A stretch of 64,000 bases of DNA, from positions 1,685,345 through 1,749,344 of the forward strand of contig MU004237.1 of assembly GCA_010405405.1 (NCBI GenBank), given 5' to 3'. The notes under the pieces are model-generated. The model was not told the DNA's origin. It did not search any database and worked only from the letters and a program-made list of their open reading frames with translations. The position numbers and the translations under genes are program-made. This document shows, piece by piece, positions 12,064-23,196 of this stretch. Source of the stretch: Microthyrium microscopicum (lineage: Eukaryota). Each line of letters starts with the position of its first letter. The stretch's first letter is position 1.

Positions 12064-13520
12064 CTACAGATGGTGATCATTATCTCCAGCCAACACACCA
12101 CCCGGCATCGTCTTGACCCAACCATCAACCGACTCCGAAACAGTCTGCTTCACATTGCACGCATTCGCCGCCGCATACGTCTGGTTTGTCAACTGTGGGC
12201 AGTAGTTTCCTAGATTTCCTCCACAGCGCGCATCCATAGCCCTCTGGAGCGAATCGCCTTTCCAGCCGAACATGTAATCGCCGTGGTGGCCGTAGCCGGT
12301 GCTAAACACATATTAGCATCGAGCCTGCAATGTGTTAGGTTTATGGGCATGACTTACTTGTCTCCAGTGCTGAACACGAACGGCTGCGAGCCATCAGCCG
12401 GCCAATCTTCCTTGTTATTGAACTCGCGCGTATCCCAAATCGTCTCATAAAAGAGCTGTGGTACACGCACTGGATGCGTCGCTGGACATGGTCCACCTAG
12501 ATCACTTAATATCATCCTATACCACTTGCTCCTGAGACTTACCGCCGTTGGGCTGTCCAGAGGGATAGGCCATGTGGCTCGAGTGATTGGGAGAGTCGAG
12601 GTTCTTGCCATCCCAGCATCTACTATCTGTCAGCAAAGTCCCATTTGGAAGCGGTGGCGTTGGAGAGAAGGGTGATACATACACAGGAAAGTACGTATTC
12701 GATCTTATACCCCCAAGACACGGCTTCTTCGGAAACGTATCAGTATCAGATCCACCACCCGGCGCACCCTGATCCCCCGACCAATTCTTCCCAAAGCACC
12801 GAAACGTCAACTCGCGTGGCCTCACACTCTTCGTGCGCGCCGCTGGGTTGCCAGTGATCATGCGGAATCCCTAGGCCGCCCAGCACTGTTAGCCACTGAC
12901 ACTCTCATTTATATCCTCTTGCTCTGTCTCCCACAACAACAAATAGGGTAAGGTAAGGGAAACTTACAGGCTTAAAAGCAGTAGTCTTACTCTTCCCATC
13001 ATAAGGCGGAATATAATAAATCGTCATCCCACCCTTCTGTCCTTCCAAATGCAAATTAGGCATTTGCGGAACACGTTTATATGTCCCATTGCGCGCGCGG
13101 AAATACATGACTGCTGTCCAGTAGTTGCTGAAATCTTCTTGTTTGGTGCAGGTTGTGCAGGAGGCTACTTTGGAGAGATCGGTTGTTGTTGGCATGGTTG
13201 GTTTGAATGCGTTCTAAGGTCTCATTAGTTCTATGAAGAGGGTAGGTGGGTGGTGGGTGTGAGTACTCCTCCGACGATCTATGGGTTTTTAGTATAAAGT
13301 GTATGGTGTTGGTGGTATGGGACGGACCTGATGGAGATGGGCGGTTTGGGGAACGCCTGGGTCGACGAGACTTGAATATGTTAGGATGGATTTTTGATAG
13401 AATGGATGGATCTTACGGATCGAGACGTTCGACGCTCAATTGTGAGCAGGCGAACCGCAGCATCTGCTGGGCATTGCTCTGCGTTGCGAGCGCAATTGCG
13501 ATTGCGGAATTCAACTTCAT
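12064..13520 (-). CDS. Secreted DUF1996 domain protein (multi-exon)
   Basis: MKLNSAIAIALATQSNAQQMLRFACSQLSVERLDP, HLHQ followed by a 12-nt IVGG micro-exon, NAF, SCTTCTKQEDFSNYWT, CWDGKNLDSPNHSSHMAYP, GPCPATHPVRVPQLFYETIWDT, GYGHHGDYMFGWKGDSLQRAMD. Confidence 0.9.
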
Positions 13521-14852
13521 CGTGAATTCGTGACACTAGCAAGTCTATCAATGATGTGAGAAAACCAACGATACTGTTGTTGAGTAAAAGGGTCCCAAGC
13601 TTCTTTTACGTCCAATTAAAGTTCTATAGATACTTTCGTTCAATTTCTAAAGATTTGTCCAAACCTGGTAGACTCGGCCATGGCACTAGTTTCTGGACTG
13701 GACCGCTCGGAAATGAAGTGTCTTGGACCAGGATGGCCATACTGTTATCTTCAATGATCAAGCACATATTTGTGCTATCAAGAGGATCTCATGTTGCTGA
13801 TTGGGCAAAGATCTTTAGAGAAATTGGGCGAGATATCTCTGCCCTAGCATATAACAGAACTGTAGCGCTATCTGATAAGTCGCGGAAATGTTGCCCCGTA
13901 TATTGGAAAGTTCCTGGTTCCATGTATATTGGATTTCGGTATGTGATATCGGTCGAAAATCCGAGTTTAAAACTTGCGTCTGGAGTTTCTCGATCGGGCC
14001 GAAAAAATGACTTATTTTTGTCAAGAAGAAGAAAGGGCAAAAAATAGGATCTCGTTGGATGGATGGCGATGAAGTCGACCAGAGCAGTGGAGGTTTCAGC
14101 CAGATGCGGTATAACGCTCGGTATGGCTGTCCCCTAAACCGGTTAGCCTACTAATCCGAGAACCTAAATTACAGCAGAATTTTTGACCATGAAACGCCGA
14201 AGACAACTGTAGGAATTATTGACAATTTACCTACTGGAATATATATATCGCACAGCATAAAACTTATAACACCTCGTTTTCAACCTCCATTTGCAAATCT
14301 CATTTTCAATAGCAATCTCCCATCGCATTCGTAATCAAAATTCCGTTACTGACTGCCTCAAAACAACTAAATTACGTGCCATCAATTGTTATAGAACATG
14401 TATAATCAACTTTCTATTTGTGATTAAATAAGTTTTACAACAATTGTGTCACTAAGTTTCCTATATTCACCAGTCAACGTTGTCGAAAATCTTCAGCTTA
14501 CAGTACATTCAGAAGAGGCTAGCCATAAGGCTGAGCTAAACTAGCGCAAGGCTGAAAATGCTTATACCCGACCACCCCCGGACCGATGCCGCTACTCTTC
14601 ACAGATACAAGACATCACGATGTGCTCGTCATTATTGGCTATCTATCTAGGTAGGTATAGAGCATAGATTTGAGTCTCGCTTGAATTTCGGTAGTTTGGT
14701 CGGATTCTTTGCCTATGATTAGTAGCATTCATCGCATGACGTGCTGTACAAGACACTGGAAAGAATTATCGAGGCTCACAAGTCATTACCATCACAGCTG
14801 CGCAATTCATTCCCGGAAATCTGTGACAAACATTGGGACAAGATATAGCACT

Positions 14853-16063
14853 ATGGCGAACCAAAAGGACGACGAGACGGGCAATCCACAAAACCTCGAT
14901 TTCTACGATATTGATGCTTCGACGACTGTCGGAGACACTGCGAGAAAATTGTTGCACGAGTACAGTAAAATACCTTCCGAACAGATCGATGAACATGTCG
15001 AAACTATTGTAAGCAAGCTTCGTGGTTCAATGTATTCACGCTGACCTTGACAGAGAAAACAAGCTTTTGAGATTGTAAGTCGTACCCTAAACAACAGTTC
15101 CACAAAACGCTGACAACCGATCCAGTTTCCGTATCCATGTATAGGAATGTTCAGGTTCCTAGATCTTAGTATTCCAACCACACCGATCTATTCTGAAGTC
15201 CTTGAACGTTTAAAGAACGGCGATAAGCTTCTCGATCTCGGGTGCTGTTTCGGGCAAGAGATTCGCAAACTCGTATGGGCTCACCCCAGGCTATCTCCCA
15301 GAATCAATCACTGACACCAATAGATCTTTGATGGCGCACCAGCAGAGAACCTCGTCGGCTCAGATCTCGAAGCCGACTTCATATCCCTAGGCTACGACCT
15401 CTTCAAAGACAAAAACTCGCTCACAACCCGCTTCATTCCCGCCGACGTCTTCGACGATTCCTCACCCCTTTGGTCACTAAACGGCACCTTCAGCATGATC
15501 TACTGCGGGGCATTTTTTCACCTTTTCAACTACGACCAACAAGTCGCAATAGCCCTTCGCGTTGTCAAGCTTCTTGCGCCAAAGTCTGGCTCGTTACTAA
15601 TGGGCCGTCAAGTTGGCAATATAAACCCTAGTGACTACGACAAGAGCGGATATGGTAAGGAAAAGTCTAGATATCGACATAATCCGGAGAGCTGGAAGAA
15701 GCTGTGGGAGGAGGTAAGCTTTCCCCGTGTCAAATCACATCTCTTGACGTCATCCATTGGAACGAAACAAATCATATCTCTCAATGTACTCGATGGCTAC
15801 CATAGAACGTGTTCTTAATCGAGTGCCATGGATTGCACTGAATGCGATGATGGTTTTATGGTTTCACCACGAAAAGACAAACGATTTGATGGTAATCTTA
15901 TACTAACAAACTCCAGGTGGGGGAAAAGACGGATACGAAATGGGATGTTGATGTGACAGTTGATCCTATGCAATGGGGGATGGTTGGGCCGGAGGTCAAG
16001 TTGACGGAGAGGAGAGCGGAAACGGGCGCTACAAGGATTCATTTTATTGTGAGGAGATTGTAG
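14853..16063 (+). CDS. SAM-dependent methyltransferase (AusD/Trt5-like fungal family)
   Basis: Five exons. Motifs [67 protein letters not shown]. Stop TAG at 16061-16063. Confidence 0.88.
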
Positions 16064-16473
16064 TCCAATCTTTTGCGATCTGGGCTGCGCATGAAGCTGG
16101 CGGGGAAGTCGAGAAATATTAGTTGCTGAGCACCCCGTTACCTGTAAATTACAGAATCAGTTTAATTTTCATGAATTACCACTTTTTGTTCAAGGCTCGC
16201 ATAACGGCAAATATGCACGGAATATGTACAGTAATGCTGCATTTAACACACCTTCAATTTGTTGGACATTACCCCTGCATGAGCTGATAGCGCTGCGGAC
16301 TAAATATTTGATGCATAAGGCTGAGCACAAGGCTGAAGTTTGGTCTGAAAGATCTGGAGCCTGTGAGCCCGGCAGCTCTTAACGCAAATTGTATGCGCCT
16401 TTTCAGAAGGCAGTATATCTGAAATCTTGAACACCACTACTCTTCAAACCCATCCTATATCATTTTGTGGAGC

Positions 16474-17370
16474 TCACAAGCTTGCATCATTTGACGCAAT
16501 ACTATCGCCCGCACCGTCAAACTCACTATCTCCCATAAATTTATCAAAGCAATGACTCCAGACTCTCCGTTTCTTGGCTCTGTTAGGATCAGTTGACACC
16601 ACGAGCTGCATTGCTCGTTTTAGCGGACATCGAAATGCTCTTGCTTCGCCCAACAGTTCATCATTGGCGAGTAGTCTGACATCCCCGTCTTCTACACAGC
16701 CATGCTTCGCTGCATAAGCTCCATTCATCCATACCAGTATCACCCCATCTTCTTTCCATTCTCCATCAAGAACAATGAAAACATAGGAGAATGTCTCCCT
16801 CATTTCAAAGGTGCGCATCATGCGGCCACTTTGCGACGGCGGAAAGCGTGGATGATATGAGATGCTTGGAAGCTCCACGGCCGCTAAACTTCCGCAAAGC
16901 GCTTGGTGAAACGATACAAAATCTTCCAGTGGCCAAACTTTGTCGTCTTCATCGATCTTCAGTGGCTTCCCGAAGAAGTTGCCGTCGTAGAAGCTACGGT
17001 CTCGTGCACGATGTGGCAACCACTCCTCGTAGATCGCTTTGTACAGCTCCGGTCTTTGGTCACTCCAAGCCTTCTTGTTGTTGTAAAAGGCGCAGTCTTT
17101 GTGGCAAAATGGGCGAACGTCGTCCGGTGCTGGCGAACCAAGCCTCCAATTAGTACCGTTCTGCCAGTGGGCTCGGGCCCATACATGCCGATCGAGATCT
17201 GTTGGTGAAGAAGCCGAGTGAATGATTACAGGATGGGTGAACCAGCGCTCTTCGTGTTCATAGTGTTCCTCTTCGGCTGAGATGCGATGCCATTCTAGAT
17301 CGTGGGTAGCAACACCTGGTTTAGGCGTAAGGAGTTTGTTCTCAAAACGGGTGATTTCGTCGGTCGCCAT
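16474..17370 (-). CDS. Hypothetical protein (298 aa, single exon)
   Basis: Long ATG-initiated ORF with globular-protein composition; no family recognised. Confidence 0.7.
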   Translation of the reverse strand: MATDEITRFENKLLTPKPGVATHDLEWHRISAEEEHYEHEERWFTHPVIIHSASSPTDLDRHVWARAHWQNGTNWRLGSPAPDDVRPFCHKDCAFYNNKKAWSDQRPELYKAIYEEWLPHRARDRSFYDGNFFGKPLKIDEDDKVWPLEDFVSFHQALCGSLAAVELPSISYHPRFPPSQSGRMMRTFEMRETFSYVFIVLDGEWKEDGVILVWMNGAYAAKHGCVEDGDVRLLANDELLGEARAFRCPLKRAMQLVVSTDPNRAKKRRVWSHCFDKFMGDSEFDGAGDSIASNDASL

Positions 17371-18604
17371 GAGTTGATTTTTGTGGACTGGCTCTCACAG
17401 TTTGGACATATAAACTGCATAAGTTGAGCCAAGAGGAATTATTAGGTCTCCCGAGTAAGGTAACAATATTGAGACCGTTGTAAGGAGGATCGACACCAAA
17501 TCGTTAGAGGGCGCTTCAGGCGGCGAGGTGCCGATGCCTGGTGGTGTTATTGGATCTCACTCAGTACCTCAGTCGGGTTTACTTGATAGCGCTTGGCAGT
17601 AGATTCTGCCTCAAATCGGTTGTGTTGGCAACTTGAAGTTACTGGCCAGTAGTTGTCCACTTCTCCACTGCCAAATTCCCAAAATTTGATGTTTACGATC
17701 GCGCATTTTCGAGCATTCTGCAAACCATAACCAAGATGATATTTTGCTCAGAATACTGTAGGATAGGTACCGTAAGTCCACGGTCTGGGTTGGGGGGCAT
17801 ATTTCACACGTGATACGACCATAACTGCATCACGCATTTGCATATGTTGAAGTTGCTCTTTCTAAGCATTCGGAAATCTACAGACATAATCTTAAACCTG
17901 CTATTGCGCAATGACGACTTGGGACACTTCTTTTCATCTTTCCTGCCATCTTATAAGCACCATCTATCAATGCCTTTAGGTCTCGTATACCGCGAGATTT
18001 AATTAGCCAACACCTTGTGGCGTGGGAGAATCTGGGCAATGGAGATTGGTCTCAAAATCGGGATATAGCCAAGAGCATCTCATTTACGCCTGGTAGTCAG
18101 GGTAACATGCAACCTCTTTAACATCAGCCTACTAACACCAGTACTAGTGTCATAACTGTACTGATGTACGTTCGATGGAAAGCGCGGGGCAAAAATTTTG
18201 CTTTGATAGAGTCGAATCCAGCATACCGGGCCATTTCTGGTTTCGCTCATGTCACGGCTTCAGCTGTTGGTGGCACAAATTCCGAAATCATGAAATCGGC
18301 GCCCTGACGAGTTGGTGACCGAGGAATTGGCACTTTCTCTAGTATGATTCGCAGTCTCACGATGCCAGTAGACGCGACTGAAGATTGTGCCAAGTAGACC
18401 CAAGTTATCCAACTCAAAATTGCGGCAAGATGTCGTTTGTTCGCAAGAAGTGTGCAAAGTATCATGGTCTTGATGACTCGGGTTCGAAACCCTGGGAAAA
18501 ATGATGGTCATGCTATAAATGCCTCCAACATGCCGCTGAACATAAAGTATTGAGAACAACATCCACTCTATTCTTTCCTCTTTTTGCCTGAGAGGCTCGC
18601 AAAA

Positions 18605-21499
18605 ATGCTCGTTAAGTCTCTTGTCTGCTTCCTGGCGTTGAGCATTGCAGTTGATGCTGTGGCCATCGATCTACGCGAACATCACAAAAGTCAAGATGGT
18701 CGTAGAGGTCACATCCGTCGACAATACTCTGACAGCTATCCTATTGCCTCTCCGTTAGACACTTTCATTGCCCCTATCGCGAGTTCTGTTGCGGTCTATG
18801 CGTATTCAAGTACCAATATTCTCGCACCTCCGATAGATACTAGCTTACCTTGGTCTACTGGCAATACAATCTGGTCTGCTGTCATTACCAACTCGCCAGT
18901 ATCCCCTGCTGGCGGTGCTGATCTGAATACACCACTAGCTAGCAGCAGTTTTATACCTGATCCACCACCTCCTGTGGAAAGCAGCCCCGTTCCATCGTCA
19001 CCTAGTGGCAATGATCCCCAACAACTTCCGCCAATTAGTGCAACCCTCAATACTCCTCCAGTAGTTACAGCTGGCAGCACCTCAGGCTTTGTTACGATTG
19101 TTACCATCCAGCCAAGCCCGCCCCCAGGCAGTATCAGTCCCGCCATTCTTCCACCAGGGGCAAGTAGCAACAGTCAAGTCTTGCCTCCTATTGTTACCAA
19201 CCAGCCAAATCTGCTTCCAAGCGGCAGTGACCCTAGCCCATCTCCGCAAGCTAGCGTCAACCCCGAACTTGCTCTCACAGGGACACCTCCCATAGCTACC
19301 AACCAGCCAAGCTCGCCTCTAATTGGTCGCGATCCAACTTCATCCCCGCCAGGCAGTATTAACAACCCTTATGTACCAGGCACGGCTAGCAACAGCCCAA
19401 TTTTGCCTCCTGCGGGTACCAGCCAGCCAAGCCCGCCTCCACGAGGTAGTAGTCCCAATACCCCTACAGGCGGTGGTAACGGCCCAGAGCCTACAGGTAG
19501 TGGAAACGACCCAAAGCCTACAGGCGGTGGAAACGACCCAACGCCTCCAAGTGGTGGCAACGACCCAACTCCTCCAGGTGGTGGAAACGATCCAAAGCCT
19601 ACAGGTGGGGGAAACGATCCAAAACCAACAGGTGGTGGAAACGATCCAAAACCAACAGGTGGTGGAAACGATCCAAAGCCTACAGGCGGTGGAAACGATC
19701 CAACGCCTCCAAGTGGTGGCAACGACCCAACTCCTCCAGGTGGTGGAAACGATCCAAAGCCTACAGGTGGGGGAAACGATCCAAAACCAACCGGTGGTGG
19801 AAACGATCCAAAACCAACAGGTGGTGGAAATGATCCGAAGCCTACAGCTGGTGGAAACGATCCGAAGCCTACAGCCGGTGGAAACGACCCAAAGCCTCCA
19901 GGCGGTAGCAATCCTAATCCACCCACAGGTTCTTTAGCCACGCCTCCCCCATCAACAAACACAAGCGAAAAGCCTTGCGCAGCAACAGATACTGCCACCG
20001 AATGTAAAGTTGCTTGCTCAACAGTCACCACAACTAACCTTGGAGGCACCGCGACTTCGTCCGAAGCCTGCTCCACAACCTGCAATACCCAAGTCGCCTG
20101 CACTGCCACCAACTCTGCGACTAGTACTACTTCCGGGTCATGCATCAAGCCAACATTGGGTAGTGTCCAGAATGTTGATGAACTTAAGGAAGATGCAACT
20201 TTTACAGCATCTGCACCAACAACCAGCTCTACCATTGACCCGGTCCAATCTGACCCAAACAAATGCCATGTTCACGTGGAACAGATATTGTGGCAGGATA
20301 CCAGTAAGCCGGATACCTCTCTGGATGTATGGGCCACGGACAAAGGGAGCGATGACAGAAATAGCGGAGTGAAAGATGTGAATTGGGGTGGGACATTTGA
20401 GCTGTCAACGAAGCTTGGACAAAGCATCGTTATCACAGCTCAAAACAACACTGATCAAAAAGCTGGTGAATCACCATTTGGTCGAGAGCTGCAATTGCTT
20501 AGCGTCCTGGAGTTCTCGGTCCCGTCTGAAAGATTCATATCCAATACTCCAGCATGTGCAACTACGCCCTGGACGGACAAGCAAGATCCACATGATCCAG
20601 GCCACTCTCCAACTAGAGACATCGATTGCAACTTTGACTGCCCTACTACAGGCCCTGTGTCTCTCGTAAAGCGATTAGCACACATTTTCAGAAGCAACCT
20701 ACGGCGAACATTCAGAAGATTGTTCCGACGGGCAGACGGGGACGTACCAACTGATATTGACCAAAAGAAGGCTTATTATGCTGAGAGGGGTCAAAAATAC
20801 TATAAGGCTTGGAATGATCGGCCCACAACTGAGCCCGATGCAAGAAGTATCTGCGATTTGAACCAGTTTCCTGATAACACTATCCAGCTTGGGAAGGCTA
20901 CGGGGAAATTGAAAGCACTACTCGCCGAGGAAGGAATCTCTCCTACCGAAAGCTACTTTCGACTTTATAACGCGAAAACTAATGCGGAGTTTAGCAACTC
21001 AATCAGCGTTGCAGACGGTGCTTTCATAGCCGTTGCCAACGACCGAGACATTGGAAGTACAGGAAAGCCTGTGGACGAACAATTTTCCCAGGTTGCATGG
21101 GAGCAGTGGGTGAAGACGGTGCTTACCGCCAACCCTTCTGCCACAGATTTCTCTCTGCTCAAAACCATGTGGCGACGCAATATTAGCAACCAGCAGACAG
21201 TCGATATTATAAGTATTGCATTCAAGGGTAGGCCTGAAGTATCAGAGACCATTGTGTTTACGCCTAGTGACCAGAGTCTGGACAATCTGTTCTGGGCGCT
21301 GCTAGGGACCCCGAACGGCAACGGCATGCAGTACTTCCTTGGGGACAACAAGAGAAAGATGAAAGGCAAGGGCATTACCAGTCTAAAGGTCCGGCGGACC
21401 GATACTGGAGGCAAGCTTCCCAATGGCAATACCGCTTGGGAGTACAATATCTGGACAGTTTTTGGCCCAGTTGATCCTGCTTGGGCGAATTTGGAGTAG
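18605..21499 (+). CDS. Large secreted modular protein (964 aa): signal peptide, Pro/Ser-rich region, GGGNDPKPT repeats, Cys-rich segments, dibasic cluster, C-terminal globular domain
   Basis: Single ORF with ATG at 18605 (MLVKSLVCFLALSIAVDA), internal tandem repeat, KR/RR sites near 20669-20731 and a C-terminal FWALLGTPNGNG motif. Confidence 0.88.
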   Translation: MLVKSLVCFLALSIAVDAVAIDLREHHKSQDGRRGHIRRQYSDSYPIASPLDTFIAPIASSVAVYAYSSTNILAPPIDTSLPWSTGNTIWSAVITNSPVSPAGGADLNTPLASSSFIPDPPPPVESSPVPSSPSGNDPQQLPPISATLNTPPVVTAGSTSGFVTIVTIQPSPPPGSISPAILPPGASSNSQVLPPIVTNQPNLLPSGSDPSPSPQASVNPELALTGTPPIATNQPSSPLIGRDPTSSPPGSINNPYVPGTASNSPILPPAGTSQPSPPPRGSSPNTPTGGGNGPEPTGSGNDPKPTGGGNDPTPPSGGNDPTPPGGGNDPKPTGGGNDPKPTGGGNDPKPTGGGNDPKPTGGGNDPTPPSGGNDPTPPGGGNDPKPTGGGNDPKPTGGGNDPKPTGGGNDPKPTAGGNDPKPTAGGNDPKPPGGSNPNPPTGSLATPPPSTNTSEKPCAATDTATECKVACSTVTTTNLGGTATSSEACSTTCNTQVACTATNSATSTTSGSCIKPTLGSVQNVDELKEDATFTASAPTTSSTIDPVQSDPNKCHVHVEQILWQDTSKPDTSLDVWATDKGSDDRNSGVKDVNWGGTFELSTKLGQSIVITAQNNTDQKAGESPFGRELQLLSVLEFSVPSERFISNTPACATTPWTDKQDPHDPGHSPTRDIDCNFDCPTTGPVSLVKRLAHIFRSNLRRTFRRLFRRADGDVPTDIDQKKAYYAERGQKYYKAWNDRPTTEPDARSICDLNQFPDNTIQLGKATGKLKALLAEEGISPTESYFRLYNAKTNAEFSNSISVADGAFIAVANDRDIGSTGKPVDEQFSQVAWEQWVKTVLTANPSATDFSLLKTMWRRNISNQQTVDIISIAFKGRPEVSETIVFTPSDQSLDNLFWALLGTPNGNGMQYFLGDNKRKMKGKGITSLKVRRTDTGGKLPNGNTAWEYNIWTVFGPVDPAWANLE
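19469..19927 (+). repeat. Coding minisatellite, 17 x 27 bp (GGGNDPKPT)
   Basis: Unit ggtggtggaaacgatccaaagcctaca; units 3-8 and 9-14 form a 162-bp higher-order duplication. Confidence 0.95.
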
Positions 21500-21829
21500 A
21501 AATCTCTTTACTACATATTTAGAGATGCATATATCTTGTCAAGTACACTCTCTTAGACCAGTAGTCTAGTTCATCTTGTGGAGACTAAGGAATTGCAACA
21601 GCTGTCATGTCTCAATTGACGGGCTAGACCATCACTGATCACACCCATATACTCATTCAGCACTTGATGATAACAAAAGAGAAGCCAAAGATCGCCGAAA
21701 TATAGTGCCCATGATATAACGAGCAGACATCATGAGCCTCAAGCACGTTTCTTCAGCAATAGTAGTCAACAGCATCACCGCAAAAAGTCGTGTTGATCCT
21801 TTCCTAAAATCAGGACATAGCGAGACTAT

Positions 21830-22257
21830 CAATGGGTCGGCAAGATAGATGGCGCGCTCTTTTTAGCCCCGTTGGCTCCCAGATGGCAGAGGCTACGCTC
21901 TCTTATCGAGCGCTTTAGCTGCCTACGGCCTGGCTAAATAAATGGCTCCCTCCCAGTGACGTTGATGGCTCCCATGACCCTATTCATTAGGGGCTGCTTT
22001 GTTTGCCATTTTACACGCTATTTTCGAACCTTGAACGTCTTCTATGGAAAATGAAGCACTCGATAGCTAAGCGCAGCGCATGGTAGCCATCGAAGTGGAT
22101 GGAAGCGCGCCAATTATTATGCCTTGCGGTTGGTTACCACGAAGGATGCTTAGATTCAAATGATGTATCGAATACAATGGGAAACATAGCACCTTTTGCT
22201 TAAGAGCGTTGTTAGCAGCCATCGGAGTCGATGGTAGAACGTCGTTTATTTGCCATA
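21830..22257 (+). mobile_element. MITE family A, outer copy interrupted by a nested copy
   Basis: Left part 21830-21922 (caatgggtcggcaagatagatggcgcgctc...ttatcgagcgcttta) and right part 22133-22257 (...gcagccatcggagtcgatggtagaacgtcgtttatttgccat) match the two halves of the family consensus. Confidence 0.7.
21923..22132 (-). mobile_element. MITE family A, inverted copy nested in another copy
   Basis: Reverse complement contains cgatggctacca...tatcgagtgcttcattttccatagaagacgttca. Flanks gctgc/gttac form a degenerate 5-bp duplication. Confidence 0.7.
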
Positions 22258-22443
22258 GGCAAGAACAGCCCCTGAGTGTAAACAAACAGGCTCCCCCTTC
22301 AGAATCAAAGTCCTCCCCCATTCCGATTTTTCACCCAACCATCAACAAATCGGCCTCATTTTCATCAGAACATTCAACTCTGCCTACTCGCATTGCCAAA
22401 TCAAATACCTGTCCCGGTATTGTGTACCACAGCAACGTCCACG

Positions 22444-22815
22444 ATGAAACCAGAAGTCATTTGGGGGATTGTGGCCGCTTCCTTGACGTGCACCTCTGCT
22501 CTGCTAGGCATTTGTTACTACATGGGGTTCTTGGTTGGGATCATGCCATGGCGAAGGCGAGAGAAAAAGGTCGAGGAGTCAATTGAGTTGGGGTAAGTGA
22601 GTTGCATAACAGCACCATGGCTTTGATCACCCTGTCTGGCTCCCATCGCGTGTAGCCCCTCGATTGAGGTCTTATGCTGACTTGAGGTTTCCATTAGAAT
22701 TGGGCCGAACGGGAAAACCGAGTTTGCTGAGTCGGATGCTCAATCGATTGCTGAACCGAAAGACGAAACGGCAACACCCTATTCAACAACGACTGCTGCG
22801 ACGGAAACAGTCTGA
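22444..22815 (+). CDS. Small single-pass membrane protein (about 88 aa, 2 exons)
   Basis: MKPEVIWGIVAASLTCTSALLGICYYMGFLVGIMPWRRREKK, a GTAAGT intron from 22593 to about 22698 with GCTGAC branch, then an in-frame acidic tail IGPNGKTEFAESD...TETV*. Confidence 0.6.
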
Positions 22816-23196
22816 GAAACTTGATGACTTTGGCGGTTACCTACAAATACTACATCCCGAGTCCTAGACACCTATGAATGCAATCAATTGACCATCTCTA
22901 TAATCTATTTCATGTCTAATAAGGGGTATCAAGTTCAACAACCACATCATAACAAAACTAGCTCTTCGTGGACAAAATAAGTGAGCCGTTTCGACAATTA
23001 CTCCCATTGATTGCGATGGCTGCCAGAACACTTCTTGAAGAGTGATTGCATTGATTCCCATCAGCGTCGTCAATTTACATCAGATTATTAGCTAGGAGGT
23101 TAACTAAAGTAGCGACTCTTTAGAAGTGTTATGGCAGCTATCGCGATCGATGGGATTAGTCGTAGAAACGGCTCACTTATTTTGACCTTCGAGAGA

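Noticed and set aside
14853..17370. Possible secondary-metabolite cluster around the methyltransferase
   Set aside because: No PKS, NRPS, terpene synthase, P450 or transporter nearby.
19369..20262. Long antisense and alternative-frame ORFs, and a CRISPR-like look of the 27-bp array
   Set aside because: Shadows of the coding repeat; the units are contiguous with no spacers, and the DNA is eukaryotic.
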